Shown one piece after another: positions 20,205 through 32,637 of a stretch of 64,000 nt of DNA. A program made the position numbers and the translations under genes. Under the pieces are notes generated by a model that was not told the origin of the DNA, ran no database searches, and was given only the letters and a program-made list of their open reading frames with translations. Origin of the DNA: Sporichthyaceae bacterium (lineage in GTDB: Bacteria > Actinomycetota > Actinomycetes > JAKEEW01); contig JAKEEW010000721.1 of NCBI GenBank assembly GCA_022616375.1, positions 2,997-66,996 of the forward strand, in the 5' to 3' direction. The number at the start of each line of letters is the position of its first letter. Position 1 is the first letter of the stretch.

Positions 20205-20531
20205 ATGGCACAGAAGGTTCACTACTCACTAGTCGATGATTTGGACGGCAGCGCGGCTGACCAGACCGTGAAGTTCGGTCTCGACGGCACCGAGTACCAG
20301 ATCGACCTGTCCAAAGCGAATGCCGAAAAACTGCGCAACCTGCTCGCGCCCTACCTCGGGCATGGCCGGCGGGTCGGCGGTCGGCGCTCGCCAGGCCGGC
20401 GCGGTGGCGGCCGAGGCGCGGCCAGCGAAACCGCCCAGATTCGCGAGTGGGCGAAGGCGAACGGGCACAAGGTCAGCGACCGCGGCCGGATCCCGGCACC
20501 CGTGGTCGAGGCGTACCACAAGGCGCACTGA
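20205..20531 (+). CDS. lsr2: nucleoid-associated protein Lsr2
   Basis: [16 protein letters not shown]...[30 protein letters not shown] matches the Lsr2 dimerisation N-domain and RGR AT-hook C-domain. GAGGAA RBS 7 nt upstream. Sits before clpC as in mycobacteria and Streptomyces. Confidence 0.9.
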   Translation: MAQKVHYSLVDDLDGSAADQTVKFGLDGTEYQIDLSKANAEKLRNLLAPYLGHGRRVGGRRSPGRRGGGRGAASETAQIREWAKANGHKVSDRGRIPAPVVEAYHKAH

Positions 20532-20581
20532 TCTCCCGACCGCGGGTATGCGGATCACCACTCGAGCTCAACATCCTGTGT

Positions 20582-20626
20582 GATCAAGGGGTTGCGAAGT
20601 CGATCATGACCTCGGGCCCCTTGATC
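20582..20626 (+). terminator. candidate stem-loop downstream of lsr2
   Basis: Perfect 10-bp stem GATCAAGGGG/CCCCTTGATC with a 25-nt loop, 50 nt after the lsr2 stop. No U-tract. Confidence 0.3.
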
Positions 20627-20859
20627 GCGTTCGGTAACCGCCGCTGACCTGCTCCGGACCGGTTAATTCGGATGATCAGCGGGCCTGTTCGCTCCCGGCG
20701 TATCTCCGCCTGCAATATGGCCTCGACCAGCGGGAACATGACTGTTGTAGGCGTGGTTGAGTTGCATCGAAGCAAGCGGGTCGGGCCTCACGGCTAGCAT
20801 GCGAGTGACAGGGGCGGACCGTCCACTCCCTGCCCGATCCGCTCCGAGGAGCGAAAGCG

Positions 20860-23367
<2,508 letters not shown>

Positions 23368-23445
23368 TTCGGACCGGTTCAACGGATCAGGGCGGTGGCC
23401 ATCTCGGCCGCCGCCCTGAGTTCTTTGGGATTTGCCTGCTTGGGG

Positions 23446-24372
23446 CTACCCGCCGGGCAGCCGGAAGTGGTCGCCGACCTGCTCGATGAGCTGGTCGGTG
23501 AGCAGCCCGTCGATGGCCCGGGCGTGCTGGGCCGGGTCTGGCCAGGCGGCGGCCAGTGCCGCTGCGCTCACCGGGCGTTCACTGCGGCGCAGCGCCGCCA
23601 GGATCCGGCCGCGGGCCTGCCGGTCGGTGCCTTCGTAGGTCTGGCCCCGCCGGGGCGGACCGGCGTAGCCCGGCATCCCCGCAACTCGCCAGGCGCACGC
23701 GGTCGCGACCGGGCACCTGCCGCACGCCGGTGCGCGGGCGGTGCATACCAGCGCCCCGAGCTCCATCGCGGCGACCGCCCACCGCGCGGCTACCGAATCC
23801 CGCGCTGGCAGCACGGCCTCGGCGAGCCCGCGTTCGGCCACACTCGGCCCGGACGGCGGCGGGTGCTCGGAGCCGGTGAAGATCCGGCTGAGCACCCGGC
23901 GCACGTTGGTGTCCAGCACCGCGTGCCGCTGCCCGAACGCGAACGAGGCGACCGCGGCGGCGGTGTAGGAGCCCACCCCCGGCAGCCGGCGCAGCGCTGC
24001 CACGGTCTGCGGTAGCTCACCGCCGTGCTCGCGGGTCACCAGCGTGGCGGCCTGGTGCAGGCGCAGCGCCCGCCGTGGGTAGCCGAGGGTTCCCCAGGCG
24101 CGCACCGCGTCACCGGGCACGGCGCCGGCCAGGGCCGCCGGGGTGGGCCACCGGGTCAGCCATTCTCGCCAGGCCGGTTCCACCCGGGTGACCGGCGTCT
24201 GCTGCAGCATGACCTCGCTGACCAGGACCGCCCACGCGGACGTGCCGGTACGGCGCCACGGCAGATCCCGAGCGTGTGCGTCGTACCAGGACAGGACCGG
24301 CTGGACGACCGCGCGTTGTGCGCGGCGGATGCGATGCTCAACGCCGGAGTTCGCAGTCTCGACAACGCTCAT
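23446..24372 (-). CDS. mutY: A/G-specific adenine DNA glycosylase (MutY family)
   Basis: 308-aa ORF with the HhH-GPD motif LPGVGSYTAAAV and the 4Fe-4S cluster loop CTARAPACGRCPVATAC. Confidence 0.85.
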   Translation of the reverse strand: MSVVETANSGVEHRIRRAQRAVVQPVLSWYDAHARDLPWRRTGTSAWAVLVSEVMLQQTPVTRVEPAWREWLTRWPTPAALAGAVPGDAVRAWGTLGYPRRALRLHQAATLVTREHGGELPQTVAALRRLPGVGSYTAAAVASFAFGQRHAVLDTNVRRVLSRIFTGSEHPPPSGPSVAERGLAEAVLPARDSVAARWAVAAMELGALVCTARAPACGRCPVATACAWRVAGMPGYAGPPRRGQTYEGTDRQARGRILAALRRSERPVSAAALAAAWPDPAQHARAIDGLLTDQLIEQVGDHFRLPGG

Positions 24373-24459
24373 GACGCACCGATCCTGCCACGGACTCCTT
24401 ATGGCCTCGGCTCGGCGTTGCGCCGTGGCTGCGGCGCTCGCGGCTCATATGGTTGCGAG

Positions 24460-25179
24460 GTGGACTCGTTGCTCCGCCCGATCGGCCGCGAGCCGTCGGC
24501 GACCTACTGGCGGCGCCGCGCGTTGCTGCTGGTCGCCGTGCTCGTCATGCTGTTCGCGGTGTCGCGAGCGTGCGCCGACGACGCGTCCGGTGAGGACGGG
24601 GCACTGCGGCGGGCGACCGGAAAATCGATCTCGGGTCCCACCGAGGAGCCAACCCCGAGCCAGCCCGGCACCGAGGAGCCCGGCGGCACCGACGAGCCGA
24701 CCGACGGGCCGACCGGTCCGGACGGCGGCACCGGTGCTCCCACCGACGAGCCGACCGACGGATCGGTCTCCGGCGGGGGTGTGGTGCCCGGCTACTGCCA
24801 GGACGCCAACGTCCGGATCTCGGTGCGGTCGACCAAGTCCACGTTCCAGCCGGGCGAGGACGTGACGTTCACGTTGACCATCCTCAACATCGGCGACGGG
24901 CCGTGCCGGTTCGAGGTGGGCCCAAAGGGTTGGGAGCTGACCGTCCAGTCCGGCCCGACCCGGATCTGGAACACCGACGACTGTGCGGTGTCCGAGGAGT
25001 CGATCCTGCGCACGTTGCAGCCGGTCGATCCGTATACCGCGACGGTCACCTGGGATCGGGTCCGGTCCAAGCCGGACTGCCCGCCCGACCAGCCGACCGC
25101 CTCGCCTGGCACCTACACCGTCCTGGCCCATGCCGGCGCAGTGGCAAGCCAGAAGGCGATCTTCGTCCTGGCCGACTGA
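24460..25179 (+). CDS. membrane-anchored secreted protein, unknown function
   Basis: GTG 24460 within the longer ORF. Layout: RRR + TM helix (ALLLVAVLVMLFAV), a Pro/Thr/Glu linker, then a ~130-aa beta-rich domain with four Cys. The start is uncertain. Confidence 0.5.
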   Translation: MDSLLRPIGREPSATYWRRRALLLVAVLVMLFAVSRACADDASGEDGALRRATGKSISGPTEEPTPSQPGTEEPGGTDEPTDGPTGPDGGTGAPTDEPTDGSVSGGGVVPGYCQDANVRISVRSTKSTFQPGEDVTFTLTILNIGDGPCRFEVGPKGWELTVQSGPTRIWNTDDCAVSEESILRTLQPVDPYTATVTWDRVRSKPDCPPDQPTASPGTYTVLAHAGAVASQKAIFVLAD

Positions 25180-25214
25180 GTTTGCTTGGATCCGATCCCA
25201 GGCGATCGGCTGGG

Positions 25215-26324
25215 TCAGACGTACCGCTCGAGGATCGACGACTCGGCCAGCCTGGACAGCCCCTCTCGCACCGAGCGGGCCCGCGACTCACCGACTCCAT
25301 CCACCGCGAGCAGATCGTCGATGCTTGCTGCCAGCAGCTTCTGCAGCGTGCCGAAGTGCTCGACCAGCCGGTCGATCACCGAGCTGGGCAGCCGGGGGAC
25401 CTTGGCCAGCATCCGGTAGCCACGCGGGCTGACCGCCAGGTCGAGCGCCTCCGCGCCGGCTCCGAAGCCCAGCGAACTGGCCACCATGCTCAGGTCGAGC
25501 AACTCGGTCGCATCGAGCTGGTCCAGCTCGGCCAGCGCGGCCGCCACCGATCTGGTCCGCCGGCCGGTGGGCACGTAGTCTCGCGCGATCAGCTCGCGGT
25601 CCGGCTCGACGCCGCCGAACAGCTCGTCTAGTTGCAGCGCGAGCAGCCGGCCGTCACTGCCGAGCTCGACCACGTAGCCTTCGATTTCGCCGGCGATCCG
25701 CCGCACCATCTCCAGCCGCTGCGCCACCGCGCTGACGTCCCGGATGGTGACCAGGTCCTCGATCTCCAGCGCGGACAGGGTGCCGCTGACCTCGTCCAGC
25801 CGCAGCTTGTAGCGCTCGAGCGTGGCCAGCGCCTGGTTGGCCCGGGACAGGATCGCGGCCGAGTCTTCCAGCACGTAGCGCCGGCCGCGGACGTAGAGCG
25901 CGATGATCCGCATGGACTGGCTCACCGAGATCACCGGGAACGCGACCTGCTTGTTGATGCGCTCGGCGGTGCGGTGCCGGGTGCCGGACTCGTCGGTCGG
26001 GATGGTTGGGTCGGGGACCAGATGAACCGCGGCCCGGACAATCTTGGTGCAGTCCTGGTCGAGGACGATCGCGCCGTCCATCTTGGCCAGCTCACGCAGC
26101 CGGGTCGCGGAGAACTCCACATCCAGCACGAAGCCGCCGGTGCACAGCGCCTCGACCGCGTTGTCGTAGCCGAGCACGATCAGTGCACCGGTGTTGCCCC
26201 GCAGGATCCGCTCCAGCCCTTCCCGCAGCTGCGTGCCAGGAGCCACCGCGGCCAGGGTATGGCGCAGCAGCGGGTCGTCGCTCGGGCCACGATCGGCCCG
26301 GCTCGGTGGAGACACGGTCCTCAT
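25215..26324 (-). CDS. disA: DNA integrity scanning protein DisA (diadenylate cyclase)
   Basis: 369-aa ORF with DAC-domain blocks GALIVLG and DGAIVLD, plus a C-terminal HhH ([16 protein letters not shown]). Adjacent to radA as usual. Confidence 0.93.
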   Translation of the reverse strand: MRTVSPPSRADRGPSDDPLLRHTLAAVAPGTQLREGLERILRGNTGALIVLGYDNAVEALCTGGFVLDVEFSATRLRELAKMDGAIVLDQDCTKIVRAAVHLVPDPTIPTDESGTRHRTAERINKQVAFPVISVSQSMRIIALYVRGRRYVLEDSAAILSRANQALATLERYKLRLDEVSGTLSALEIEDLVTIRDVSAVAQRLEMVRRIAGEIEGYVVELGSDGRLLALQLDELFGGVEPDRELIARDYVPTGRRTRSVAAALAELDQLDATELLDLSMVASSLGFGAGAEALDLAVSPRGYRMLAKVPRLPSSVIDRLVEHFGTLQKLLAASIDDLLAVDGVGESRARSVREGLSRLAESSILERYV

Positions 26325-26369
26325 AACCCCCGTTGCGGTTCGGCAGATCGCCGCCGAGTTTAGCTGTAA

Positions 26370-27761
26370 TCAACTCCGGTCACGACTTGCATTCGATCCG
26401 GCACTCTGCGCAAGCGTGACCAGAAGCTCTCGCATGTCGGTCACCACAGTGACGCGCAAACCAGGGGGGATGGTTCCAGGGTCGGGCGGAACCAGGGCGT
26501 GATCGAACCCGAGCCGGACCGCCTCGGTTAGTCGCCGGGTCAGCCCGCTCACCCGTCGGATCTCGCCGGCCAGGCCGACCTCGCCGATCGCCACCAGCCC
26601 GGTCGGCAACGGCCGATCCAGGGTCGCCGACGCGATCGCCAGCCCGACCGCCAGGTCGGCGGCCGGCTCGGACACCCGGACCCCGCCCACGGTGGCCGAG
26701 TAGACGTCGCGCTTGCTGAGGTCGAGCTGGCAGCGCCGCTCAAGCACGGCGAGCACCATGCTCAACCGGGACGAATCGAGCCCGGAGCTGGCCCGGCGCG
26801 GCGTGCCGAGCGGGGTCGCGGCCACCAATGCCTGCACCTCGGCAACCAGCGGGCGGCGGCCTTCGAGTGCGACCGTCACGCAGGTGCCCGGCACCGGATC
26901 GTGCCGCCGGGTGAGAAACAGCCCGCTCGGGTCGGGAAGCTCCGCAATCCCGGAGTCGCCCAGGTCGAAGCAGCCCACCTCGTCGGACGGGCCGAACCGG
27001 TTCTTCACCGCGCGCAGCATCCGAAGCCGGGCATGCCGGTCGCCCTCGAAATAGAGCACGACGTCGACGATGTGCTCGAGCACGCGGGGACCGGCGATCG
27101 AGCCGTCCTTGGTGACGTGCCCGACGATGACGGTGGCGATGCCGCGCTCCTTGGCCACCTTGATCAGTGCGCTGGCGACCTCGCGCACCTGGGTCACCCC
27201 ACCGGCGCCGCTGTCCACCTCGGCGGAGGTGATCGCCTGCACCGAGTCGAGCACGAGCAGCGCGGGCTTCACGGTGTCGAGGTGGCCGAGCACCGCGGCC
27301 AGGTCGGTCTCCGCGGCCAGGTAGAGGTGCGGCGAGAGCGCGCCGATCCGGTCGGCCCGCAGTCTGACCTGAGCGGCCGACTCCTCACCTGTGACGTAGA
27401 GGGTCGGCGCGTCCGGCTCGGCGAACTTGGCCGCGACCTCGAGCAGCAGCGTCGACTTCCCGACCCCGGGCTCGCCGGCCAGCAGCGACACCGCGCCCGG
27501 CACCAGCCCACCGCCGAGCACCCGGTCGAGCTCGGCGACTCCGCTTGACCTGGCCTGCGCCGCCTCCACGCTGATCTCGCCGATCGGCCTGGCCAGCTCG
27601 GTGACCGGGCCGGGCCGCACGGTGCGGACCCGGACCGCGCCAAGCTCGGACACCGTGCCCCAGGCCTGGCACTCGCCGCACCGGCCGACCCATTTCATGG
27701 TCTGCCAGCCGCACTCGGCGCACCGGAACGCCGATCGCTCCCGGCTTGCGGTCTTGGCCAT
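26370..27761 (-). CDS. radA: DNA repair protein RadA
   Basis: Start at ATG 27761 (MAKTASRERSAFRCAECGWQTMKWVGRCGECQAWG zinc finger). Walker A GEPGVGKST, the KNRFG motif and a Lon-like C-domain follow. The tracked ORF extends 52 codons further upstream without support. Confidence 0.95.
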   Translation of the reverse strand: MAKTASRERSAFRCAECGWQTMKWVGRCGECQAWGTVSELGAVRVRTVRPGPVTELARPIGEISVEAAQARSSGVAELDRVLGGGLVPGAVSLLAGEPGVGKSTLLLEVAAKFAEPDAPTLYVTGEESAAQVRLRADRIGALSPHLYLAAETDLAAVLGHLDTVKPALLVLDSVQAITSAEVDSGAGGVTQVREVASALIKVAKERGIATVIVGHVTKDGSIAGPRVLEHIVDVVLYFEGDRHARLRMLRAVKNRFGPSDEVGCFDLGDSGIAELPDPSGLFLTRRHDPVPGTCVTVALEGRRPLVAEVQALVAATPLGTPRRASSGLDSSRLSMVLAVLERRCQLDLSKRDVYSATVGGVRVSEPAADLAVGLAIASATLDRPLPTGLVAIGEVGLAGEIRRVSGLTRRLTEAVRLGFDHALVPPDPGTIPPGLRVTVVTDMRELLVTLAQSAGSNASRDRS

Positions 27762-27928
27762 GCGCGTCACGGTACGAGCCGGCGCCCACAGAACCGCGGT
27801 GGACACGCGGCAGCTGTGCATAACGTCGACATGACCTGAACCCGTACTGGCCGCGCGGCGGGGGACCGCCCGCGCCGCGCGTATTTGGAGCGTAAATGCG
27901 ACTGGTGGACTTGTCACGATTCGAGACG

Positions 27929-27955
27929 GTCGCGTCCCACCTGGTGGGACGCGAC
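27929..27955 (-). terminator. candidate stem-loop between the Cys-rich gene and radA
   Basis: GTCGCGTCCCA-CCTGG-TGGGACGCGAC forms a perfect 11-bp stem, 24 nt downstream of the stop at 27979 (minus strand). Confidence 0.35.
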
Positions 27956-27978
27956 CCCCAGGCGGCGGTGCCGGCAGG

Positions 27979-28752
27979 CTAGCCGGCAGCGCCGGCCTCG
28001 GTCGGCGTGCCCGGGTCGGCCGGGTGCGGCGCCGGCACCGGCCGCGACCGATCCCGCTCCTCGCAGATTGCCGCCAGTTCCTTGTACGCCGGCTCGCCGA
28101 TCAGCTCGATCAGCTCCGGCGCGTAGCTGAGATACACCGGCTCGGCGCCGTGATGGGCCTGCGTGCTGCCGGTGCACCACCAGTGCAGATCGTGCCCACC
28201 GGGCCCCCAGCCGCGCCGGTCGTACTCCCCGATGGTGATCTCCAGGTACTTCGTGTCGTCCGGCCGGTCGACCCACCGGTAGGTCCGCCGAACCGGCAGC
28301 TGCCAGCACACGTCGGGCTTGGTGACCAGCGGGTGCTCGCCGATCCGCAGCGCCAGCTTGTGCAGCGCGCAGCCGGCACCACCGGCGAAGCCGGGGCGGT
28401 TGAGCATGATGCAGGCGCCGTCGACCACCCTGGTCTTCTTGCCAGCTTCGTCCGGGTCGTCCTCGATCCAGTCGCCGAGCCGGGCCTCGGCCTTGTACTG
28501 CCAGTCCTCGTCGGTGAGCTGTTTGACCCATCGGCGCACCCGCCGCTCGTCGTCCTTGTCGGCGAAATGGGCGCCATGCGTGCAGCAGCCGTCGTCCGGC
28601 CGGCCGGCCACGATGCCGTGGCAGCCCTGGCCGAAGATGCAGGTCCAGCGCGAGGTCAGCCAGGTCAGGTCGGCCCTGACCACTTGGTCCTCGTTCGCCG
28701 GATCGGTGAACTCCACCCAGGCTCTGGGGAAGTTCAGTGGGACCTCGTTCAC
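27979..28752 (-). CDS. Cys-rich cytoplasmic protein, unknown function
   Basis: 257-aa ORF with a GTG start 9 nt after the upstream stop. It has nine Cys, including [17 protein letters not shown] and GACIML...GCALH. No signal peptide or TM helix. I do not recognise the family. Confidence 0.6.
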   Translation of the reverse strand: MNEVPLNFPRAWVEFTDPANEDQVVRADLTWLTSRWTCIFGQGCHGIVAGRPDDGCCTHGAHFADKDDERRVRRWVKQLTDEDWQYKAEARLGDWIEDDPDEAGKKTRVVDGACIMLNRPGFAGGAGCALHKLALRIGEHPLVTKPDVCWQLPVRRTYRWVDRPDDTKYLEITIGEYDRRGWGPGGHDLHWWCTGSTQAHHGAEPVYLSYAPELIELIGEPAYKELAAICEERDRSRPVPAPHPADPGTPTEAGAAG

Positions 28753-28761
28753 GCCCCCAGC

Positions 28762-30264
28762 CTAGGTGGCGAAGCGGTCCGGCGGGTCACAACTGGAACC
28801 ACAGCCGGTGACCGTCACTGTCTCGGTGTAATCGGAGCCCACGACCCGGAACGCCACCTTCACCGTCCACTGCCCGGCCGGCTCGGGTGTCGAACCAAGG
28901 GAGATCACAACTGGAACCGAGGTGTCGGCATCGACCAGCCCGATAGGCGGATTGACCAGGAGCCAGCTCACCGGGGTGCCGGGGTGATACATCCAGGTCA
29001 GCTTGGTGATGAACTCGATGGTCGACTCTGACTCCGACGAGACCACGACGGTGGCCGTGGGCTGGTCGTCCAGATCCACGTCGATCGGGTTGACGATCAG
29101 CAGGACTGGTGGGTCGGGCGGGTCCGGCGGGTCCTCGGACGGTGGGTCGGGCGGCGGCGTGGTCGTGGTAGGGATCCGCGTCGTCGGCTTGGTCGTCGGG
29201 CTCTTGGTGGTCGGAGTCGGGCTCTCGCCCTCGGTCGGGCCCGGGGACAGCGACGGCAGCTGGGAGGGGTCCAACGTCTGGGTCGGGATGGCCGCCTGGG
29301 CCGCGGTCTGCTCGTCGGCGCCGAGCGACACGGTCAGCCCGCCGACCAGCAGGACGATCGCGGCCATCGCGGCCACCGCCGGCCCCTGCCAGGCCCGGCC
29401 GAGCGGCCCGCGGCCGTGCGGGATCGGGAACCCGGAGCCGTCGAACCGGCCGGCCCGGCGTGCGATCGCGGTGTGGGTCGAGACCAGGTCGAGGTTGCCC
29501 AGCCCGCCGAACAGCCGGTCCCGTACCCCGGCCGGGATCGCCAGCAGCGGCATCGACCCGAGCAGCGCGGCCGCGCTGACGTCGGTGCGGCGCCGCTCGC
29601 CGCAGGAGGCGCACGAGTCGATGTGCCGGGCGACCCGCTTGCGCAGCAGCACCGACATCCCACCGTCCCAGCCGGTGAGCAGCCCGTCGAGCTCGGTGCA
29701 GGTGGTCCGCCCGGTGCGGGCCACGATCAGCGCGGCCAGCGCGCGTTCCAGCTGCTGGCGAGCCTTGGACAGCAACGCGTGGGCATGGTTGGCCGGCACC
29801 CCGAGGGCGGAGGCCAGCTCCGAGCCCTCCAGCCCGTGCCGTACCGACAGCTCCACGACCTCGCGCTCCCGCGGGTTGAGGCCGTCCGCGGCGGTCCAGA
29901 CCAGCTGGCGCAGCTCCTGCTCGCGCAGGCCCACACCCAGGTCGACCCGGTCGTCGCTCATCGGTCCCGCCTCCTCCAGCGGAACCGAACGCGCCTGCAA
30001 CCGCGCGCTGCGCAGACACTCGTTGCGGGCGATCGCGTAGAGCCATGGGCGGAGCCGGGTCGGGTCGCGGAGTTGGCCGATGCGCTGGTAGGCCACGATG
30101 AACGTGTCGTGCACGATGTCGGCCGCCCGGTCCCGGTCGCGCAGCAGCGTGACGCAGTAGGTGAACAGGCGGTCCGCGTAGCTGTCGTAGGCCGCGGCCA
30201 GTCCGTTGCTGTCCCCGGCTCGCATCGCGGCGACGATGCCAACATCGTCCACGTTCCGAACCAT
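28762..30264 (-). CDS. ECF sigma factor fused to a ZAS-type anti-sigma motif, TM helix and extracytoplasmic domain
   Basis: From ATG 30264 (GGAAAG RBS): sigma region 2 (ADIVHDTFIVAYQRIGQLRD...WLYAIARN), then region 4 (LNPREREVVELSVRHGLEGSELASALG). H-x3-C-x2-C (HIDSCASC) lies at nt 29602-29625. A TM helix (AVAAMAAIVLLVGGLTVSL), a T/P-rich linker and a ~130-aa beta-rich C-domain complete the protein. Upstream starts to 30384 are possible. Confidence 0.75.
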   Translation of the reverse strand: MVRNVDDVGIVAAMRAGDSNGLAAAYDSYADRLFTYCVTLLRDRDRAADIVHDTFIVAYQRIGQLRDPTRLRPWLYAIARNECLRSARLQARSVPLEEAGPMSDDRVDLGVGLREQELRQLVWTAADGLNPREREVVELSVRHGLEGSELASALGVPANHAHALLSKARQQLERALAALIVARTGRTTCTELDGLLTGWDGGMSVLLRKRVARHIDSCASCGERRRTDVSAAALLGSMPLLAIPAGVRDRLFGGLGNLDLVSTHTAIARRAGRFDGSGFPIPHGRGPLGRAWQGPAVAAMAAIVLLVGGLTVSLGADEQTAAQAAIPTQTLDPSQLPSLSPGPTEGESPTPTTKSPTTKPTTRIPTTTTPPPDPPSEDPPDPPDPPVLLIVNPIDVDLDDQPTATVVVSSESESTIEFITKLTWMYHPGTPVSWLLVNPPIGLVDADTSVPVVISLGSTPEPAGQWTVKVAFRVVGSDYTETVTVTGCGSSCDPPDRFAT

Positions 30265-30403
30265 AGGGTCTTTCCGCCTGGTAGGCACTGGTTGCGCATG
30301 ACTTGCCCTCGCTTCGTCGGCAGGCATGCCGCGGGACCTGGCTCTCCCTCCTAGCCAGGTCCCGCGGTCGCTCTGGTGATTCATTGCGGACCGCTCGGCA
30401 CCG

Positions 30404-30991
30404 CTAGCGGCGCGTCACCAGCAAGTAGCCGAAGCCACCGGCTGCGATCAGGCCGATCCCGCTGGCGAGCAGCAGGGGCAGGTCGGGTCCACCGGTGTGC
30501 GGCAGCCGGCCGGCCTGTGGCTGGTCTGCGCCGTCGTCCGGGGTCGGATCGTCGGTCGGCTCGTCGCCGGGGTCGTTGGTGGGCTCGTCGCCAGGGTTCT
30601 CGCCCTGGTCGCCACCGTCGCCGTCGTCTTTGCCGTCGTCACCGTCGTCGGGGCAGAGCGGTGGGCAGACCACCTCGATCTCGTCGTCGGGGCAGACGGG
30701 TGGGCAGTTCGGCTCGACCGGTCCCGGGTCGATTGGGTCTTGTGGGTCCGGATCGGCGCAGAACGGCGGGCATGGGAACGGCACGGTCAGGATCGGGTCG
30801 TCCAGGCACAGGGGCGGGCAGTTGACCTCGTAGTCCGGGGGCTCGGGCGGAGGCTGGCAGCCCTCCGGCGGACACGGGTACTCGAAGACGGGTGGCTCGA
30901 TCGGGTCGGCGTGGGCAACGCCGGCCAGCGCCGGGCCGAGGCAGAACAGGGTCGCGGTGACGACCACCGCGCGCAACAGGGTCTTGATCAT
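30404..30991 (-). CDS. LPXTG-anchored, acidic Cys/Pro-repeat surface protein
   Basis: 195-aa ORF with a signal peptide (ALAGVAHA|D) and five C-P-P-x(1,2)-C motifs (CPPEGC, CPPLC, CPPFC, CPPVC, CPPLC). A D/E/P/G-rich spacer precedes LPHTG, a hydrophobic helix and an RR tail. Confidence 0.7.
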   Translation of the reverse strand: MIKTLLRAVVVTATLFCLGPALAGVAHADPIEPPVFEYPCPPEGCQPPPEPPDYEVNCPPLCLDDPILTVPFPCPPFCADPDPQDPIDPGPVEPNCPPVCPDDEIEVVCPPLCPDDGDDGKDDGDGGDQGENPGDEPTNDPGDEPTDDPTPDDGADQPQAGRLPHTGGPDLPLLLASGIGLIAAGGFGYLLVTRR

Positions 30992-31089
30992 CTCTAGCTC
31001 CTCACTGGTTGCGGGGTGGTTACCTCGCGTTCAGTGGTAGGAGCCGCCAGGCCTGATCGGGCCAACAACTTTTCGACCGACTTTGCTCG

Positions 31090-31959
31090 ATGCGGGCCCG
31101 GACCCGGGCTGCTCGTAGGCTGGGAGGCGTGACCGCCGCACCACCACCGGCTCGGCCGGAGCCAGGACCACGGGTCGCGCTGTCGACCGCGTCGGTATAT
31201 CCGGAGTCCACCGCGCGTGCGTTCGAGATCGCTACCCGGCTCGGCTACGACGCGGTGGAGGTGATGGTGACCGCCGATCCGGTGAGCCAGGACGTCCATG
31301 CGTTGCGCCGGCTGGAGGACTACCACCAGATCCCGATCCTGGCGATTCACGCACCCTGCCTGCTGATCACCCAGCGGGTCTGGGGCGTGGAACCGTGGAT
31401 CAAGCTGGCCAAGGCACAGGAGGTCGCCGAGGAGTTGGGCGCGCGCACCGTCGTGGTGCACCCACCGTTCCGGTGGCAGCGGGACTACGCGCGGGAGTTC
31501 GCGGCCGGCCTGGCCAAGATGAGAGAGCAGAGCGAGGTCGTGTTCGCCGTGGAGAACATGTTCCCGTGGCGGGCTCGCGGGCGGGAGCTGGCCGCGTACG
31601 CCCCGGAGGGCAATGTGGTCGACGGCGACTATCCCTATGTCACGCTCGACCTCTCGCACACCGCGACCGCACAGGTCGACGCGATGCAGATGTACGAGAA
31701 GCTGGGCGACCGGTTGGCCCACGTGCACCTCGCCGACGGATCGGGCTCTGGCTGGGACGAGCACCTGGTGCCAGGCCGGGGTGGGCAGCCGTGTGCCGAG
31801 CTGCTGGAGCGGCTGGCTGCCGACGACTATCGCGGCACGGTGGTATTGGAGATCAACACCAGGCGTGCGGTGTCGCCGCAGATTCGCGAGGCCGACCTGG
31901 CCGAGGCGCTGGCGTTTACCCGGTTGCACCTGCTGAACGGGTCACCGGCGGCGCAATGA
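31090..31959 (+). CDS. sugar phosphate isomerase/epimerase (xylose-isomerase-like TIM barrel)
   Basis: 289-aa ORF with blocks GYDAVEV, VVVHPP, FAVENM and HVHLADG, typical of the AP-endonuclease-2/xylose-isomerase-like fold. The start codon is uncertain. Confidence 0.7.
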   Translation: MRARTRAARRLGGVTAAPPPARPEPGPRVALSTASVYPESTARAFEIATRLGYDAVEVMVTADPVSQDVHALRRLEDYHQIPILAIHAPCLLITQRVWGVEPWIKLAKAQEVAEELGARTVVVHPPFRWQRDYAREFAAGLAKMREQSEVVFAVENMFPWRARGRELAAYAPEGNVVDGDYPYVTLDLSHTATAQVDAMQMYEKLGDRLAHVHLADGSGSGWDEHLVPGRGGQPCAELLERLAADDYRGTVVLEINTRRAVSPQIREADLAEALAFTRLHLLNGSPAAQ

Positions 31960-32585
31960 CGGCCGACCCGAGCCGGCGTCCGAGCTCGCCGCCCAACCGC
32001 CGGCGCGGTCCGGGGCGGCCGCGCGGCGGATCCGACACCCGAGGCGCGATCCTGGAAGCGGCGAGCACGGAGTTCGCCAGCCACGGCTACGACAAGACCA
32101 CCGTGCGCGGGATCGCCAGGGCCGCCGGGGTCGACCCCGCGCTGGTCTACCACTACTTCGGTAGCAAGGAGCAGGTCCTGGTCGCGGTGCTGGACCTGCC
32201 GCTGAACCCGGCCGAAGCGGTGGCCGGGCTGCTCCGCGAGGGCATGGACGGGATCGGCGAGCGGCTGGTCCGGTTCCTGCTGTCGGTCTGGGACTCACCG
32301 GCCGGCCGGACCCGGTTCCTTGCCTTGATCAGATCCGCGCTCACCAACGACGCGGTCGCGGACCTGATGCGCGAGTTCTTCACCCGGGAGGTGCTCTCGA
32401 AGATCAGCAAGGCGGTGCAGGCGCCGGAACCGGAGCTGCGGGCGAGCCTGGCGTTCTCGCATGTGATGGGGATGGCGGTGGCCAGGTATGTGCTCCGGGT
32501 CGAGCCGCTGGCATCCGCCTCCGCGGACGAGATCGCGCGCCTGGTCGGCCCGATCATCGAGCGCTACCTGATTCCCTCGCCGTAA
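31956..32585 (+). CDS. TetR family transcriptional regulator
   Basis: ATG 31956 overlaps the upstream stop (ATGA). [45 protein letters not shown]. Confidence 0.88.
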   Translation: MTADPSRRPSSPPNRRRGPGRPRGGSDTRGAILEAASTEFASHGYDKTTVRGIARAAGVDPALVYHYFGSKEQVLVAVLDLPLNPAEAVAGLLREGMDGIGERLVRFLLSVWDSPAGRTRFLALIRSALTNDAVADLMREFFTREVLSKISKAVQAPEPELRASLAFSHVMGMAVARYVLRVEPLASASADEIARLVGPIIERYLIPSP

Positions 32586-32637
32586 ACCGGGCGAAATCAC
32601 TTGCCTTAGATGCCGACCAGGGCGGTATATCCAACGC

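Noticed and set aside
20532-20859. ClgR-type operator or other known regulatory site in the 328-nt clpC leader
   Set aside because: I could not find a convincing palindrome resembling the consensus I remember; only the generic hairpin at 20582-20626 is present.
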